From positions 21,761,360-21,825,359 of the forward strand of contig NC_043019.1 of the NCBI RefSeq assembly GCF_006345805.1: a DNA stretch of 64,000 nucleotides, read 5' to 3'. Shown one piece after another: positions 1 to 13,774 of this stretch; within the stretch, counting starts at the first letter, position 1; the number at the start of each line of letters is the position of its first letter. Both the position numbers and the translations under genes were made by a program. This stretch comes from Octopus sinensis. Taxonomy: Eukaryota. Under the pieces are notes generated by a model. The model was not told where the DNA came from. It searched no databases and worked only from the letters and a program-made list of their open reading frames with translations.

Positions 1-540
1 CTCTGAAAGTCATCTTATCAATAAGGGAAAACAAATATTACTCAGAAAATATTATCAAATATTGGTCTCAAAAGAATGGTCCGTACAAAAGATCAATAAA
101 CATGTAATTTATTTATAATATTAATATTGTGAAAGAAGGAAGAAAAATAAAAACAGACATATGTAATTGAAAGATTGAACTGAGAAACCAGAGTTTATAA
201 AGATTGGAATGTTGTACATGTGAAACATGTATATAAATGTAAACAGAAGGACAGAAAGGATTTACTGTGTTAGTGTGTGTATGTGTGTGAGAGAGAGAGA
301 GAGAGACCTTTGGCTCTGTATTCCTGTTGGAGCAGTAAAGGTAGCATTGTAACATCTGGCTGATTTCTTCTAGGTGAGTGAGACAAGAGAGTAGAATTGA
401 TCCCAGTATAAGGCTAGTGCTTTATTTAAGGAGTCCTGATAGAATGAATGGCAAAATTGACCATATCAGAGTAAAGAGAATTTGAATGACTACCACATGG
501 TGAACTATCAAACACTTTAATGGGTCAACCAATGTTTCCA

Positions 541-802
541 GATGTATATGTGTGTGTGTGTGTATGTATGTGTATGTATATATATATATATATATATATA
601 TAACATATATATATATATATATATAAATATATGTGTGTGTATATATGTATATATATGTGTGTGTGTATATATGTGTATATATACATATACATGTGTGTGT
701 ATATATATGTGTATATATATGTGTGTGTATATATATGTATATATATATGTGTGTGTGTGTGTGAGTGTATATTTATACATATGTGTGTGTGAGTGTATAT
801 TT

Positions 803-837
<35 letters not shown>

Positions 838-870
838 GTATGTATGTATGTATGTATCTATGTATGTATA

Positions 871-910
<40 letters not shown>
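541..910. repeat. Compound (TA)n/(TG)n microsatellite, representative of dozens in the window
   Basis: Near-continuous alternating purine-pyrimidine tract. Similar tracts lie at 35100-35370, 41200-41330, 42700-42845, 55020-55260 and 63720-63900. Confidence 0.95.
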
Positions 911-913
<3 letters not shown>

Positions 914-915
914 TA

Positions 916-2155
916 TTTGATTGACAAGAAAGTAATTTCGCCTATTCATTGTGAAAGGAAAGTCTTCGTTTTTTCATACAAAGAATCAACTTTAATGAAT
1001 TATATATTTCCCATTTTGTTTGACGACCTTTTGCCATCTTTTTGGCAACTTCATGATTCTACGCTCATAGAACTTCTGGTCCTTATCAGCCCCAAACTGA
1101 AGCAACTGTGATTTCAGGCCATTATCATTACTGAATGTTTTTACCATTCAAAGAATTTTGCAAACTTCAAAATAAATGGTAATCTGATGGTGCAAAGACA
1201 GGGCTGTATGGTGGATGTGACATCACTTCCCAATCAAGCTCCAGTAATTTTTCACGAGTTAGCAAAGATGTGTGGTCTAGGATTGTCATGGTGGAACACG
1301 ATTCCTTTACGATTTGCCAATTCTAGCCGTTTTTCTTTGATTACTTCCTCCAGTTTCATTAGTTATTGACAGTAAACATCTGAATTGCTCCTTTGAAGCA
1401 GCTCAAAATACACAACATCTTTGTAATTCCACCAAATTGACAGCACAGCCGTTTTATCAATGCAATTCAGCTTTTGATGCGGTTTGTGCTGGTTCATTAG
1501 GCTTGGACCACAATTGTTTTCGATTGATGTTATTGTAGACAAACCATTTTTCATCACCGGTGATGATTCATTTCAAAAAAAAGGTCGATTTCATTCTGCT
1601 TGAGATGCATAGTGCAAATATTGATTTGTTGTGTTAAGTGAATCTCTTTCAATGAGTTCAAGACATTTTAAGTGATTTTCAATTGCTGTGTGTGATACAT
1701 TTAACCTCTCTGCAATCTCTCGCACGGTTATATTACAATCAGATTCAATTATCGCTTTGATTCAGTCATCATCAATTTCAGTAGGTCGACCAGAACATTG
1801 GTTATCTTGGAGTGAAAAACCACCAGAACAGAATTTTTAAAACCATTTCTGTGCATTCTGTTAAGCAATCAACACCATAAACTTCACATATCTCTTCGTG
1901 AGCCTCAGTAGCTTTCTTGCTTTTACAGAAATAAAAAAAGCAAATTATGGCAAAAATGTCCGTTTTTGCACTCCATGTTAAAACTGACATTGAACGAACA
2001 GCAGTACATAAAATTACGGGCAATTTGCTTCTAAAGTAAGCTAAATGTAATACCTATCAAATGTCAAAAGGAAAATATCATAACATTGATAAAAGTCATC
2101 CAAAAAAATTCTAACTCTATTTGTGAAAAATGAAATTATTTTCTTCCCAACCCAA
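916..2155 (-). mobile_element. Full-length but decayed mariner (Tc1/mariner) DNA transposon
   Basis: Degenerate TIRs: TA-tttgattgacaagaaagtaatttc on the left and gaaattattttcttcccaacccaa-tg on the right. Size is about 1.24 kb. Minus-strand transposase fragments include KKATEAHEEICEVYG, GRPTEIDDD, GDEKWFVYNN and VLSIWWNYKDVVYFELL, broken by stops and frameshifts. Confidence 0.9.
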
Positions 2156-3200
2156 TGCACACACATACACACACACACACACGTGTATGTGTCCTTGCCT
2201 TGATAGTATGTGATGGCCATGAATAAGTGTCACAGTCATGCAAGTGGTATCATTTGTCAGGCCAGTGGGTAATATTTTGCTGGAAACAGGTAGGGTTGGT
2301 GACAAGCAAAAGGGAATCCAGTTGTTGAGAATTTCTACCTATCCATGCAATCATAGAAAAGTGGACAGCGAAAATCTGATGACAGTGGCAATGATGATGA
2401 TGATGATGATTGCATGTGTGCTAGCCTTGCGCCAAAATTTGAAATCAATATTATGTCACCAATAAGATTTATGATACATTGACAAAATGATTACAGCAGT
2501 GATGTGTAGATGCCTTTTCAGAATGCTGCCAGCTGATGGGTTCAGTGACACTGCCTTGACGGCAAATATTGAGCACACTATTAGATTTCATTTTAATAAC
2601 AGCAAAGTAATATGCAACACCTTAACTAAATTATCACATGGACAAAAAGGCTTCACATTTCACCAGTTAGTAGTGATATGCTTTAAAGTCCATTGCAGAG
2701 TGCTATCTGTCAATAGTTATGGCTATGAAAGAATCCTGATAAAATTAGAATTATTCAGACTATTAATCTTGTTCTTTTGTTCTATTTTCTTTTACTTGTT
2801 TCAGCCATGGGATTTATGGCCATTCTGGAGCACCACCTTGACAAAGCTTACTTGATCAAATTGTTCCTGGTACTTGAGTTTTTAAGTCTGGTACTTGTTC
2901 TATCAGTCTGTTTGATTTTTTTGTTTTTTACCAAACTGTTGTGTTATGGAGATCTGAACAAACCAACATCAATTTTTGAATGGTGAAAAGCAAATACAAT
3001 GACACACACACAGCAAACGCTCATAAAGTTTCCATCTCTGAATTCTCTCACATTGGTTGGCCCAAAGCTACAGTAGAAGACATGCCCAAAGTGAAATGCA
3101 GTGAGGCCAAACATGGAACTTCATAACCACTTCCCCTATAACATTAGATACGAAACATTTGGAGTTCTCCCCAACTACTACCACCACCAATAGCTATATA

Positions 3201-3428
3201 TATTTCTTTACTACCCACAAGGGGCTAAACATAGAGGGGACAAACAAGGACAGACAAAGGGATTAAGTCGATTACATCGAACCCAGTGCGTAACTGGTAC
3301 TTAATTTATCGACCCCGAAAGGATGAAAGGCAAAGTCGACCTCGGCGGAATTTGAACCCAGAACACTTAACAGCAGACGAAATATGGCTATGCATTTCAC
3401 CCGGTGTGCTAACGTTTCTGCCAAACGT
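3201..3428 (-). mobile_element. Family-B (Nin/Deu-like) SINE
   Basis: Reverse complement of the 40225-40452 element. Confidence 0.75.
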
Positions 3429-6400
3429 TTTCGTCAGTTTCATCTCCAATGGTCAACTGGTGCCTTGAGAGTGAAATTTGTCAAAAAGAAACTGTAAAAG
3501 TACTTTGTGTACATGTGTGTATATTTATACAGACACACACATGTGTTCATATCCATGTTTATGTTTACTTGTGTAAATCAGTCAAACTGTATTCTCTTTA
3601 AGTCAAAATTCATAATTTAGTCGTTCAATAAAATAAGTACCAGGTTGAAATAAATATGAGGAGCAGACATGATCAATTAAAATCCCTTGAAAGCATCACC
3701 CCAGCATCGCCACTGTCCATTACTGAAACCATGGGAAGAGTAACTTCAGTTAGACATTTAACTGACAATACCATTCCAAGTTCAAATCTCATCAAAGTTA
3801 ATTCTGTCTTATCTTTTAATATCAGTGCTAATGTACCTGCTGATACAATAAGCTAATTAGTCTTAATTAATTAAAATTACACCTGCGTTGAGGAGATTAA
3901 TTCTGGTAAATAAAGGCAAGGGAGACAATCCCCAGGATTTTCATTGAAATGAATTAAAAACAGGATAATAGACTTGGAGCTAGGTGAAAGGATGAGAATC
4001 ACAGAATGATAGATACCCTGTTGTTATAATGCCTGGATAGCAACACAAAACTTACTACTTACAAAGTTTGTACTTATTTAACTAAAAATTACTAATTACT
4101 GTGCAAGAATGTTTCGGTTTACAAAATAAAATCAATAGAGTTCTGTAAAAGACGAACAATTGTTTGCGGTGATGCAATCTTCCCCACCTTCTATAGTGTC
4201 ATCCACAAATGTCAGCCGTCCCCTCCTCCTGCATCCCAGTAAGAAAAACCTTCAACAGTCACTCGTGGCAAACGGGTAGATGTGAAATGAAATCTAAATT
4301 ATATTCGTGCGTTAAGGTTAAAGAAAAAAGAAATAACAATAAATAACTCAAAACAGTATTAGAAAATAACTGCCCCCCCCTCTATATGTGCAATGTGTCG
4401 GATACAATGCAATTTTCAACACTTCTTCTCTCAAGAAGACACTTCCAAAGCGTATGATAATAAGTAGCATTCCCTGCCCCACCCCCACCTGCTGGGTAAT
4501 ATATCATTTAGAACATATAATTATCATCGTTAAATCACACCTATTTTCTAATAAAGGCATGGTTTGATGGGTTTATAGTACTGCATGTCACCACTTCTCT
4601 TGTCACTAAGACTCAGCATTTCTGAAATCCAAATTTATCATATCTTCTACTACCATGTCTTACTTTGTCTTCTTTCCAATACAGGCATACCCCCCCCCCC
4701 CACACACACACATACATTACAGAAGTATTGTGTTCCTGAGAATCGTGTGTTAACATGGAGATCCAAACCATGAAATGCGTCTTTTTTTTTCTTGAAGTTC
4801 ATCATAAGACACTCCACCTCACAATATATTATGATTTTTCAAGGGTGCAACACTTTCATAAAAGAGAGAATGCTTATAGAGCATTATTTCACAGAGCATT
4901 CACTGTCTATTTATTGTACAAAATATTGTACTACCAGCATAGTAACTTCTCTTACATATAAGGGGTACTTTTAGTGCTGAGCCACTCTCTTGGCCTCTCT
5001 GGTACTCTACTTTCTATATCTCCAATAAATATATAGCTGTTATGCTTGACTTATTTCAGTCATGGGACTTATTTCAGTCCAATGATAAGTTTAGTCAAAG
5101 AAACTGCCCCTAGTACTTATTGTTAAGCCTGATACTTACTCTACCAGTATCCTTTACAGAACTGCTAAGTTATGGGGATGTGAACAAACCAACACCTGTT
5201 GTAAAGCATTGGTCAGAGACAAACATAAAGACACACAACACACACATGCACATATATATATATAAACAATGGGCTTCTTTCAGTCTCTGTCTACCAAATT
5301 CACTCCCAAGTTAACCTCAGCAGGATTTGAGCACAGAGAGTTGGAAAAAATACCATCAGGCTTTCTGTCCAACACTGTAACAACTCTGTCAACTCACCAT
5401 CCAGCTCAATCAATGATAAGTCAGCTCAGTCAGGTTGATTTAAGGTTAAACAATAGATAAAAAAGTGTGTTTCTATACAGCTGCTTCATCTGGTCACTAT
5501 AACAGTGAAATATGTTTCAAATAAAACATCTAACTGAAGTGTTTAAAATAAGATAACATGCATAAAGCCATAAAAATGAACAAATACTAAACACGACAAT
5601 AAAAAAATGTTATGACTGGATAAAACACTGATCAAATAGCTGTGTCTATTTGCCGACTATAGGTAAGCTCAAGCAGAACTGACAAAGGCAATCGATAAAA
5701 AATTTTTTTTTAATTGAAAGCTGCCTTTCCATTAGATCTTCAATGATGGCTTTGAAAAATTTTTTTTTAATCTTTTCAAGTTATTTTCACATGATATGAA
5801 GTGATTTGAAATAGCTTCACCAGTTATGGCTACATCATTAAGGAGTTTGTTTCACAGCCTTGTGCTCAGAGTTTACATGGTTCTATATGACATCATCAGT
5901 AACTGTCTTCTGCCATGACCTTAGACTGACAAATTCTTTGTGGGTGGAATTTGGTACACAGAAACTACGTACAAAAAGGTATGATGTGTATGTATATGTG
6001 AATGTGTGTGTGTGTGTATGCATGCCTTGGTTTTTCAAATTTTTGGTGGAGTTGTAAAGGTGGTGTCATCACACACAGCTTGTCTTCAATATTTTTAGAC
6101 CTGGCAGAACCCTTCCCATTTCAGTTCTGAGAAGAGCCAGTTTCTTCCGGAAAGAGAGACAGACAGACAAACAGAAAAAGAAGAATCAACTCCAGTCCAG
6201 GGCTGGTACTTTATTTATCCTTAAAGGATGAAAGGCAGTGATGACCTTGGCAACATTTGAACTCAGAGTACAGAGAACAAGAATGAGTACCACAACGCAA
6301 TGTATCCGATGCTCTAACTATTTTGCCAATTCACTAATGTAATTATAAATTGTGTGTGTGTCAGTGCATGAATACACACAGACATACAAATAAGCACATA

Positions 6401-8789
6401 AACTTAAAATTATATATTCTCAAGTGTGACATCAGATGGAAAGAGCGACAGATCCATCTACGCAAGTCAAACCATGTGTTTGTTGTACACTGGAAAACTC
6501 TGGTTACACTAAAGTGCCTCTGAACAATTTAAGTCACCAAAGTTAGTACTTATGTCTGACTGGTTGAACTGACATTGTAAACAATGTACCATATAAGGAT
6601 CTTAAGTATTTTAGTGTGTGTTTTTGTCTTTCAGTATGTATTTGCCCCACCACCACCACCACATGACAACTGGTATTGGTTTGTTTACATCCTTGTAACT
6701 TAGCAGTTAGACAAAAGAGAACCAATGGAATAAGTACCAGACTTATTGGGGTTAAACTGTTCAACTAAACCCTTCAAGGCAGTGCCCCAGAGTAGCCACA
6801 GCCTAATGACATAGTCCTAGGTCAGCTTTGATCTCACCAACTTCTAATTAAGGGTTATCCAACACTGACTATCTTACCTTTTATTATTATTATCTTTTTT
6901 AGATCTGAGTCTATAATGGTGTCCAATGTATTTTACTTTATTCGAGATTATAAGATGTGATACAAGAACAATCTGGCTGCTATTTCTAGCAAGTTGAGTG
7001 ATACCAAAGGCACTCAAACCACTGGTTACATATAAATTAAGAAACACTGATTAAATAAAAATTCTGTGAATAATAATTATAAGCTTTAAGCTTATAAGTG
7101 TTCACTGTGTATTTGGCTATAGAAAACAGTCTAATATTGGGACATATAAACCCTTGACTGAAAATAATGGGTGTACATACATATATGTATATTCATATAT
7201 ACATATATATATATGAATCTGTGTATTGGTGTCAGCTATTGAGAAAAGGAGTTGGGTGTGTATGTTAGTTTTCAACGTGACTTAGTTTTTTTCTCGTCAC
7301 ACAAGAACTAAATCACATTGCAAATAGCAAATCCGCATTCAACCACAGTTCTTCGTAGCAGATTTAAGTCCCTCTCCAATTTCACATGACATTCTTGCTA
7401 ATTTGAATTTCACTGGCTTAAAAGAGAATTCCAAAGAACTACTTTATTTACAAGCTATGAAATAGATTAATCATGAAAATTGTCGCTTCAATATGGAAGG
7501 TTTTCAAGTGCAGAGAAACAGAAAACACCCTTTGCTTCTTAATATAATACAACGGGTTGCTATGGGAGGAGAGAGGGATGGGTGAATGGATAAAAGTCTC
7601 TGGAAAATTCCTTTTCCTTTATTCCTAGATTGAGGAAATGGGTTAGGGTAGAATAACAAAGTGATCCCTTTTCATTCCATGTGAAGGCAGAGCAAGGTGG
7701 GATAAAGTGATCTGTATCCTAACTGACATTAACCACACTCTCAAGTGACACAGGAAATCAAAGAAATGAAGAAAACAAAAATTCAATAAAACTGAAGACA
7801 ATTTTGTGCTTTGCTGTTCACATTAAAAGCCAAAATTGAAATTCTGTGATTCCGCTGCTGCTACTGCTGCTGTTGATTTTATTTTTCAAAGAAAAATCAA
7901 AAAGAAATTAGTTCTATTATTGTTTAAATTTTGCACCTCATCCAACAGTGTGTGTGTGTATGTATGTGTATGTATGTGTATATATATATATATATATATA
8001 TCATCATCATAATGATATATATTTATGTGTGTGTGTATGTATGTAGGTTTGTATGTATATCTCTCTCTCTCTCAATATATATATATATATATATACAGTT
8101 TGTCTTCAGAAATGATAGTCAAAGCCAGACTGAAATGTGGGTGTGTGCATGCTCAAAATATATTTGATGTGATACTCAGAGTAACTACAGAGGGAAGTCT
8201 CATCTTCAAATAAATGAATGAACTCCCTTTTTGAATTTTAACTGAACATTCAAATCACAATCACAAGACTGCAATTTTGATTTGCAGACCAGAAGCCCAC
8301 TGCATTCTTCAGCAAAACACCTCATTTCATGTTGCTTCAGTCCACCCAGCAGTAAATGGGTTACTCTGCAATGGACTGGTATTCTGTACATGGGGAATGT
8401 TGGTCTTCCCACTTGGCCAGTAGGGTGGCCTCATTCAAAAGCTACAACAATGCAAGAAGGAGCATTGTGACTTGATGCATATAACAACATCCCATAGACT
8501 GGTCGATATAGTGAGACACATCTAAGAATCCATACTAGCCACTATCATGAACAGTGTCTTAGGTAATTGTCTCAAATGGATCAATAATACTATAAACTTT
8601 GATTTATATATATACACACACACATACACATGTATGTGTGTGTATATATAAACACACACACATGTATATGTGTATATATAAAATACAAAATACACAATTA
8701 TATCTTGGGATCACTAGTAATAACAATACTCAAGATATAAAACAGACTGGAGTTATAGTGCTCCAAATGAGCTATATTCCACTTCTTAA

Positions 8790-9090
8790 TCTGAGCGGAG
8801 GCAATGTGAGCAGTATAATCCGCTGGATGGGTAATATTTGTGTGCCTGAACAAATGGTTCATGAAGGAGCTGAGAGAGAGAGAGAGAGAGAAAACTGAGT
8901 ATAAAATGAATCAGATGTAGAGCAGTAGAGAGAAGACTGAACTAGTACAGACAGGCATGTGATGCATATGGAGGATAATGATTGGGTAAAGAGGGGCAAA
9001 CACTCAAGTGGAAGGAACATGCGGAAAGGAAAAGACCTAGGAAGACATGGGAAGTATTGCTGAAGGCTCACCTCAGGAAGCTGAGTCTAA
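8790..9090 (+). mobile_element. RTE LINE 3' fragment, interrupted by (AG)n
   Basis: Translates to NVSSIIRWMGNI...RHVMHMEDNDWVKR...KRPRKTWEVLLKAHLRKLSL, the RTE C-terminus. Confidence 0.65.
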
Positions 9091-9109
9091 CAAATAATAA
9101 TAATAATAA

Positions 9110-9505
9110 TCATTTCTACTATAGGCACAAGGCCCAAAATTCAGGAGAGGGATATAGTCAATATCATCGACCCCAGTGTTTCACTGGTACTTAATTTATC
9201 AACCGCAAAAAAGATGAAAGGTAAAGTCAACCTTGAAAGAATTTGAACTCAAAGCATAGCAACAGATGAAATACCTGTTTCTTTATTGCCCATAAGGGGC
9301 TAAACATAGAGAGGGACAAACAAGGACAGATAAAAGGATTAAGTTGATTACATCAACCCCAGTACATAACTGGTACTTAATTTATCGGCCTCGAAAGGAT
9401 GAAAGGCAAAGTCGACCTCGGCAGAATTTGAACTCAGAACTTAATGGCAGATGAAATACTGCTAAGCATTTTCTCCAGCATGCTAATGATTCTGCCAACT
9501 TGCTG
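9110..9505 (-). mobile_element. Two tandem Family-B SINE copies
   Basis: The CTGGTACTTAATTTATC...GATGAAAGG..AAAGTC.ACCT...GAATTTGAACTCA block occurs twice (about 9185-9250 and 9370-9440). Confidence 0.7.
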
Positions 9506-10464
9506 CCTTAATAATAATTCTCATTGTTATCATTTAATGTCCAGGCAATGATAAAGGACTGCAAATTTTTGGTGAGACACTGTGTTGGAGGTAACCCATC
9601 TAATCTATGCAAGCATTAGAAAAACAGAAACGAAGAGGATAATGATGGTGGTGGTGGTCATGATGCTGATGATGATGATGATGATGGTGGAGATATAGAA
9701 TAAACAGACAACCATCAAGTCAAATTTTGACTCTTGGTGTATTTGTGAAACATCCAAAAGGCTTTCTTGGCACACATTTACAAAGACGGTTTGTCATCAT
9801 TGCCTTTCTCTGGAACTCTATCTACATAGGGAAAATTAAACTTTGGCTTTCTCAAAGAGCTTCAACACTGGTTCTGATTACAAAATTCTACCTATAAAGC
9901 ATTGGTCAACCTGAAGCCATAAAGAACAAAAAACGGACCTGAGATGCTGCATAGCAGGACCAAAACCAGAACCACTTGGTAGTAAAATAAACTTCTGAAG
10001 CACATAGTCATGTCCATACACTAAACACACACATAACTTCAAAACTACTTCTTCCTCTTCTTTTAACGCCTTTCTTCCATTTTGGTATGGGTAAGCTGGT
10101 TTGACAAAATCTAAAAGGTTGGAGAACAGCATTGTACTCCAATATCTACTTTAGTATAGTTTCTACAGCTGGATGCCATTCTTACCTTTCTAATAAACGC
10201 CAACTACTTTTCTAAAAAAATTCTGTTATTATCATATTGGTCCCGATTTCAGAGTTAATTCATAAGAACTTTCTCCTTGTCGATGAGGAGAAAATTCTTA
10301 TGAAATCAGAGCCAATAGGATAATAAGGGAATTTTTTGAAATTTCTGTTGGCTTACTTCGACACGCGTGCTTATAGTGATGAATTATATGGTTATTGACG
10401 ATTTAAGTCCGTTTTTGGCATATTTGGCATTAGAATTTTTTTTCTTTTGCCCTTGTTTATAAGT

Positions 10465-10513
<49 letters not shown>

Positions 10514-10536
10514 AACCTCGCCAAGTTAAATATGTA

Positions 10537-10605
10537 AACCACCTGAAGAATGACTGTAACTCGAAAATTTTAAGAATTGAACAGCCATGAAACGATCGTA
10601 GTGTT
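10537..10605 (+). ncRNA. Minimal type I hammerhead ribozyme motif (PLE-type)
   Basis: Order on the plus strand: CAC, CTGAAGA (10543-10549), stem II ATGACTGT/ACAGCCAT (7 of 8 pairs), GAAA (10589-10592), palindromic CGATCG, TA (GUA triplet, cut after 10600), GTG. All core nucleotides are present. Activity is untested. Confidence 0.7.
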
Positions 10606-10724
10606 ATATTAATTATCTTTTTTAATAATTTTGATATATATTTAAATAATATAAATTAATTAATCTTATGTATTGGCTTAAGTTTTTCATTGTATGATTT
10701 GCCTAATAGTGGTTTTATCTCTAA

Positions 10725-10768
<44 letters not shown>

Positions 10769-12823
10769 TGGCAAAACACTGCTCCTCTCAATGGAAACCT
10801 TAGCTGTTTGTGGTTTTGTGGCAGGAAGCAAGCAGGCCATGCTGTACACTCCAAGAAAACACATAGTAAATGATCCACAAGCACTTGGGTAAACTGAGTT
10901 CTCAACTTGTCCATTTACCAAAATGGTTTGCAAGGCCTCAAGAGAAACATTCATGTCTACAGAGCATGATTAACGTTATATTTTACTGAACCCTCATTTG
11001 TTGTTCATGACAAGAGAATCCATCATATATATATATATTTATACAGAAATCCCTCGCCATATAACAGTTTATTATTTAAGCTAATGTCGATTCCTCTGTG
11101 GTATTGTTTTGCATTTATAATAAAATAAATATAAACAAATTATAAAAGTAATTCAAAAAATATACACTACAGTACTGCTTCTACTTCATGGATTTTTCTC
11201 TATTGTTTGGAATGTAACACCCACAATAGTTAAGGGATTACTGTGTATATATATATAGGGAGGGGTACTGCAGAGACAGACTGTCTAAGTTGTGTGTTTT
11301 AAGCTGGGTGGAATCAATTCTTCTCCCAGTCTGAACACAGTTGATTTCCTCAAGAGAGAAAGCACGCATGGGTGGGTGTGTTGTGTGTGTGTGTGAAAGA
11401 GAGAGAGAGAGAGAGCAAGAGAAAGAGAACCCCAGTATTTGACTGGTACTTCACTGATCTTCACATCCCTATCCCTGATAGGATGAAAAGCAAGGGTGAC
11501 CTTAGCAGGATTTGAACTCAACCCCAGGACTTATTCTTTGTAAGCCTAGTAGTTATTCTATCGGTCTCTTTTGCCAAACTGCTAAGTTACAGGGATGTAA
11601 ACACACCAGCATCGGTTGTCAAGCGATGTTGGTGGAACAAATACAGACACACATACATACACACACACTCACACACATATACATATATACAACGGGCTTC
11701 TTTCAGTATAAGCAACTAGAACAAAAACCACAAACCTATATTACACTTTAATGCTTCTTCAGGGACCATAGACACACACACACACACACATGCACACACA
11801 TACATATATAATTATTTTTACATATTTATAATACCAACAAACACACACATATCTATTCCCATAAAAACACAGTGTTTGATGATTATCAAAATTATTCATC
11901 GAGAAAGGATATTTACTTTGAAGTGTATATTCCTTGACAGCTCTAACTCATGAATATAAAGATTGTTATTTAGTTATTTATTTATTTTGTAATATGTGTG
12001 TATGCCTCTTGTATATGTATAAATATTTTATAAAATGGTATACAATTATTTCCTGATATATATATATTTTTATATAGCCTTTCATTCTCTCTCTCTATGT
12101 AAATGTGTATGTGTGTGTGTGTGTGTGCATGCGCGTAGATGCACACACACACATATGTACACACATATACATATATATCAAATCTATGAAATCTCATTGA
12201 TGACTCAATAGAGAAACACTGCTCAGAAATTCCTTTGTATGATGTTTTGAATCCTATCAACCTATCAATAAATATCCTATGAGAAACCAAGTCTGTGGCG
12301 GGAAGAATGCGAAAGGCCTGATCTAAATTCCTCCGAATTCCAGTGTTTTACTTCTGTCCCACTGAATAAGAGCCCTGCCGCAAGAGTCAAACTGAGTTGC
12401 CTTTCAACCTTCCATATTTTCAAAAGAAAAGTAACATTTATCATCTGTAAGTTTTCCTTGTTTAGCCACCAGAACAGATCTGACCATACTCACCTATGAC
12501 AAGCGTGCTTGTCATGACCAGATGTTGGAGATTGTATGCCATCACTTGTTCTATTAGAAATAGAAACTAAACCTCCCTTAGGGAAAAATAGTAACTAGAT
12601 GTTATTGTTCTTGTTTGTCTCCGTGTCAACCCTACCTCAATGATGGGGGGGTGGGGGAGAGTTGTGGACAACAGCAACAGAAAGAGACATGGCACTTTTT
12701 CTTTTGACCACTTCTATACTGAGTTAAACAAGGATACAAAGAAAAATAAGGCTCTGAGTGTGTCTTTGTATTGCATGTCAGTGTGTATGTATATCCATGT
12801 TGTGTGTGTGTGTGTATATATAT

Positions 12824-13219
12824 ACTCCTTTACTTGTTTCAGTCATTTGACTGCAGCCATGCTGGAGCACCACCTTTAGTCGAGCAACTCAACCCTAGGA
12901 CTTAGTCTTTGTAAGCCTAGTACTTATTCTATCAGTTTCTTATGCTGAACTGCTAAGTTATGGGGATGTAAACACACCAGCATCGGTTGTCAAGCGATTT
13001 GGGGGGGGGGCACACAGACACACAAACATATACACACACATACATACATATATACAACCAGCTTCTTTCAGTTTCCATTTACAAAATCCACTCACAGGGC
13101 TTTGGTCAGCCTGAGGCTATAGTAGGAGACACTTGCCCAAGGTGCCACGCAGTGGGACTGAACCCGGAACTATATGGTTGGTAAGCAAGCTACTTACCAC
13201 ACAGCCACTCCTACGCCTA
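12824..13219 (-). mobile_element. Family-A SINE, full copy (a further head fragment follows at about 13225-13310)
   Basis: Same head, body and tail motifs as 18841-19265. Confidence 0.8.
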
Positions 13220-13308
13220 TATGTTTATGAAGGTGCCACACAGTTGGACTGAACCTGGAACCATGAAGTTGGGAAGCTAGCTTCTTACCACACAGCCATA
13301 CCTGCACC

Positions 13309-13339
<31 letters not shown>

Positions 13340-13734
13340 CATCATTGTCATCATCATGTAATGTCCACTTTCTATGCTGACATTGGTTGGATGGTTTAAT
13401 TGAAGCTGGCAAGCAAAAGGACCTTGCCAAGTCTGCTTTAATCTGCTTTCTATGGTTGGACGCCCTTACACACTACACAAGCACATGCATGCACACACAC
13501 ACACACACACAATTTGCTTCTTTCAGTGTCCATCTACCAAATTCACTGACAAAGCTTCAGTCATAGAAGACATTTGCTCAAGGTGTCACATGGTGAGGCT
13601 GGACCCAAAACCACATGGTTGGGTAAAGTACCTAATACCAGTAGAATATAATAGTGTATGAACAGTTTTCTTCTCCATCAGAACAACAAGCTGGGCAAGA
13701 TTTAGAGTAACAGGCCAAAGAAGCAACCTAAATC

Positions 13735-13774
<40 letters not shown>

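Noticed and set aside
517-1111. Long [12 protein letters not shown] ORFs here and at 7931, 34907-35449, 42522, 55019 and 63525
   Set aside because: These are translations of (TA)n/(TG)n/(CA)n microsatellites, which lack stops by composition; there are no splice or domain signals.
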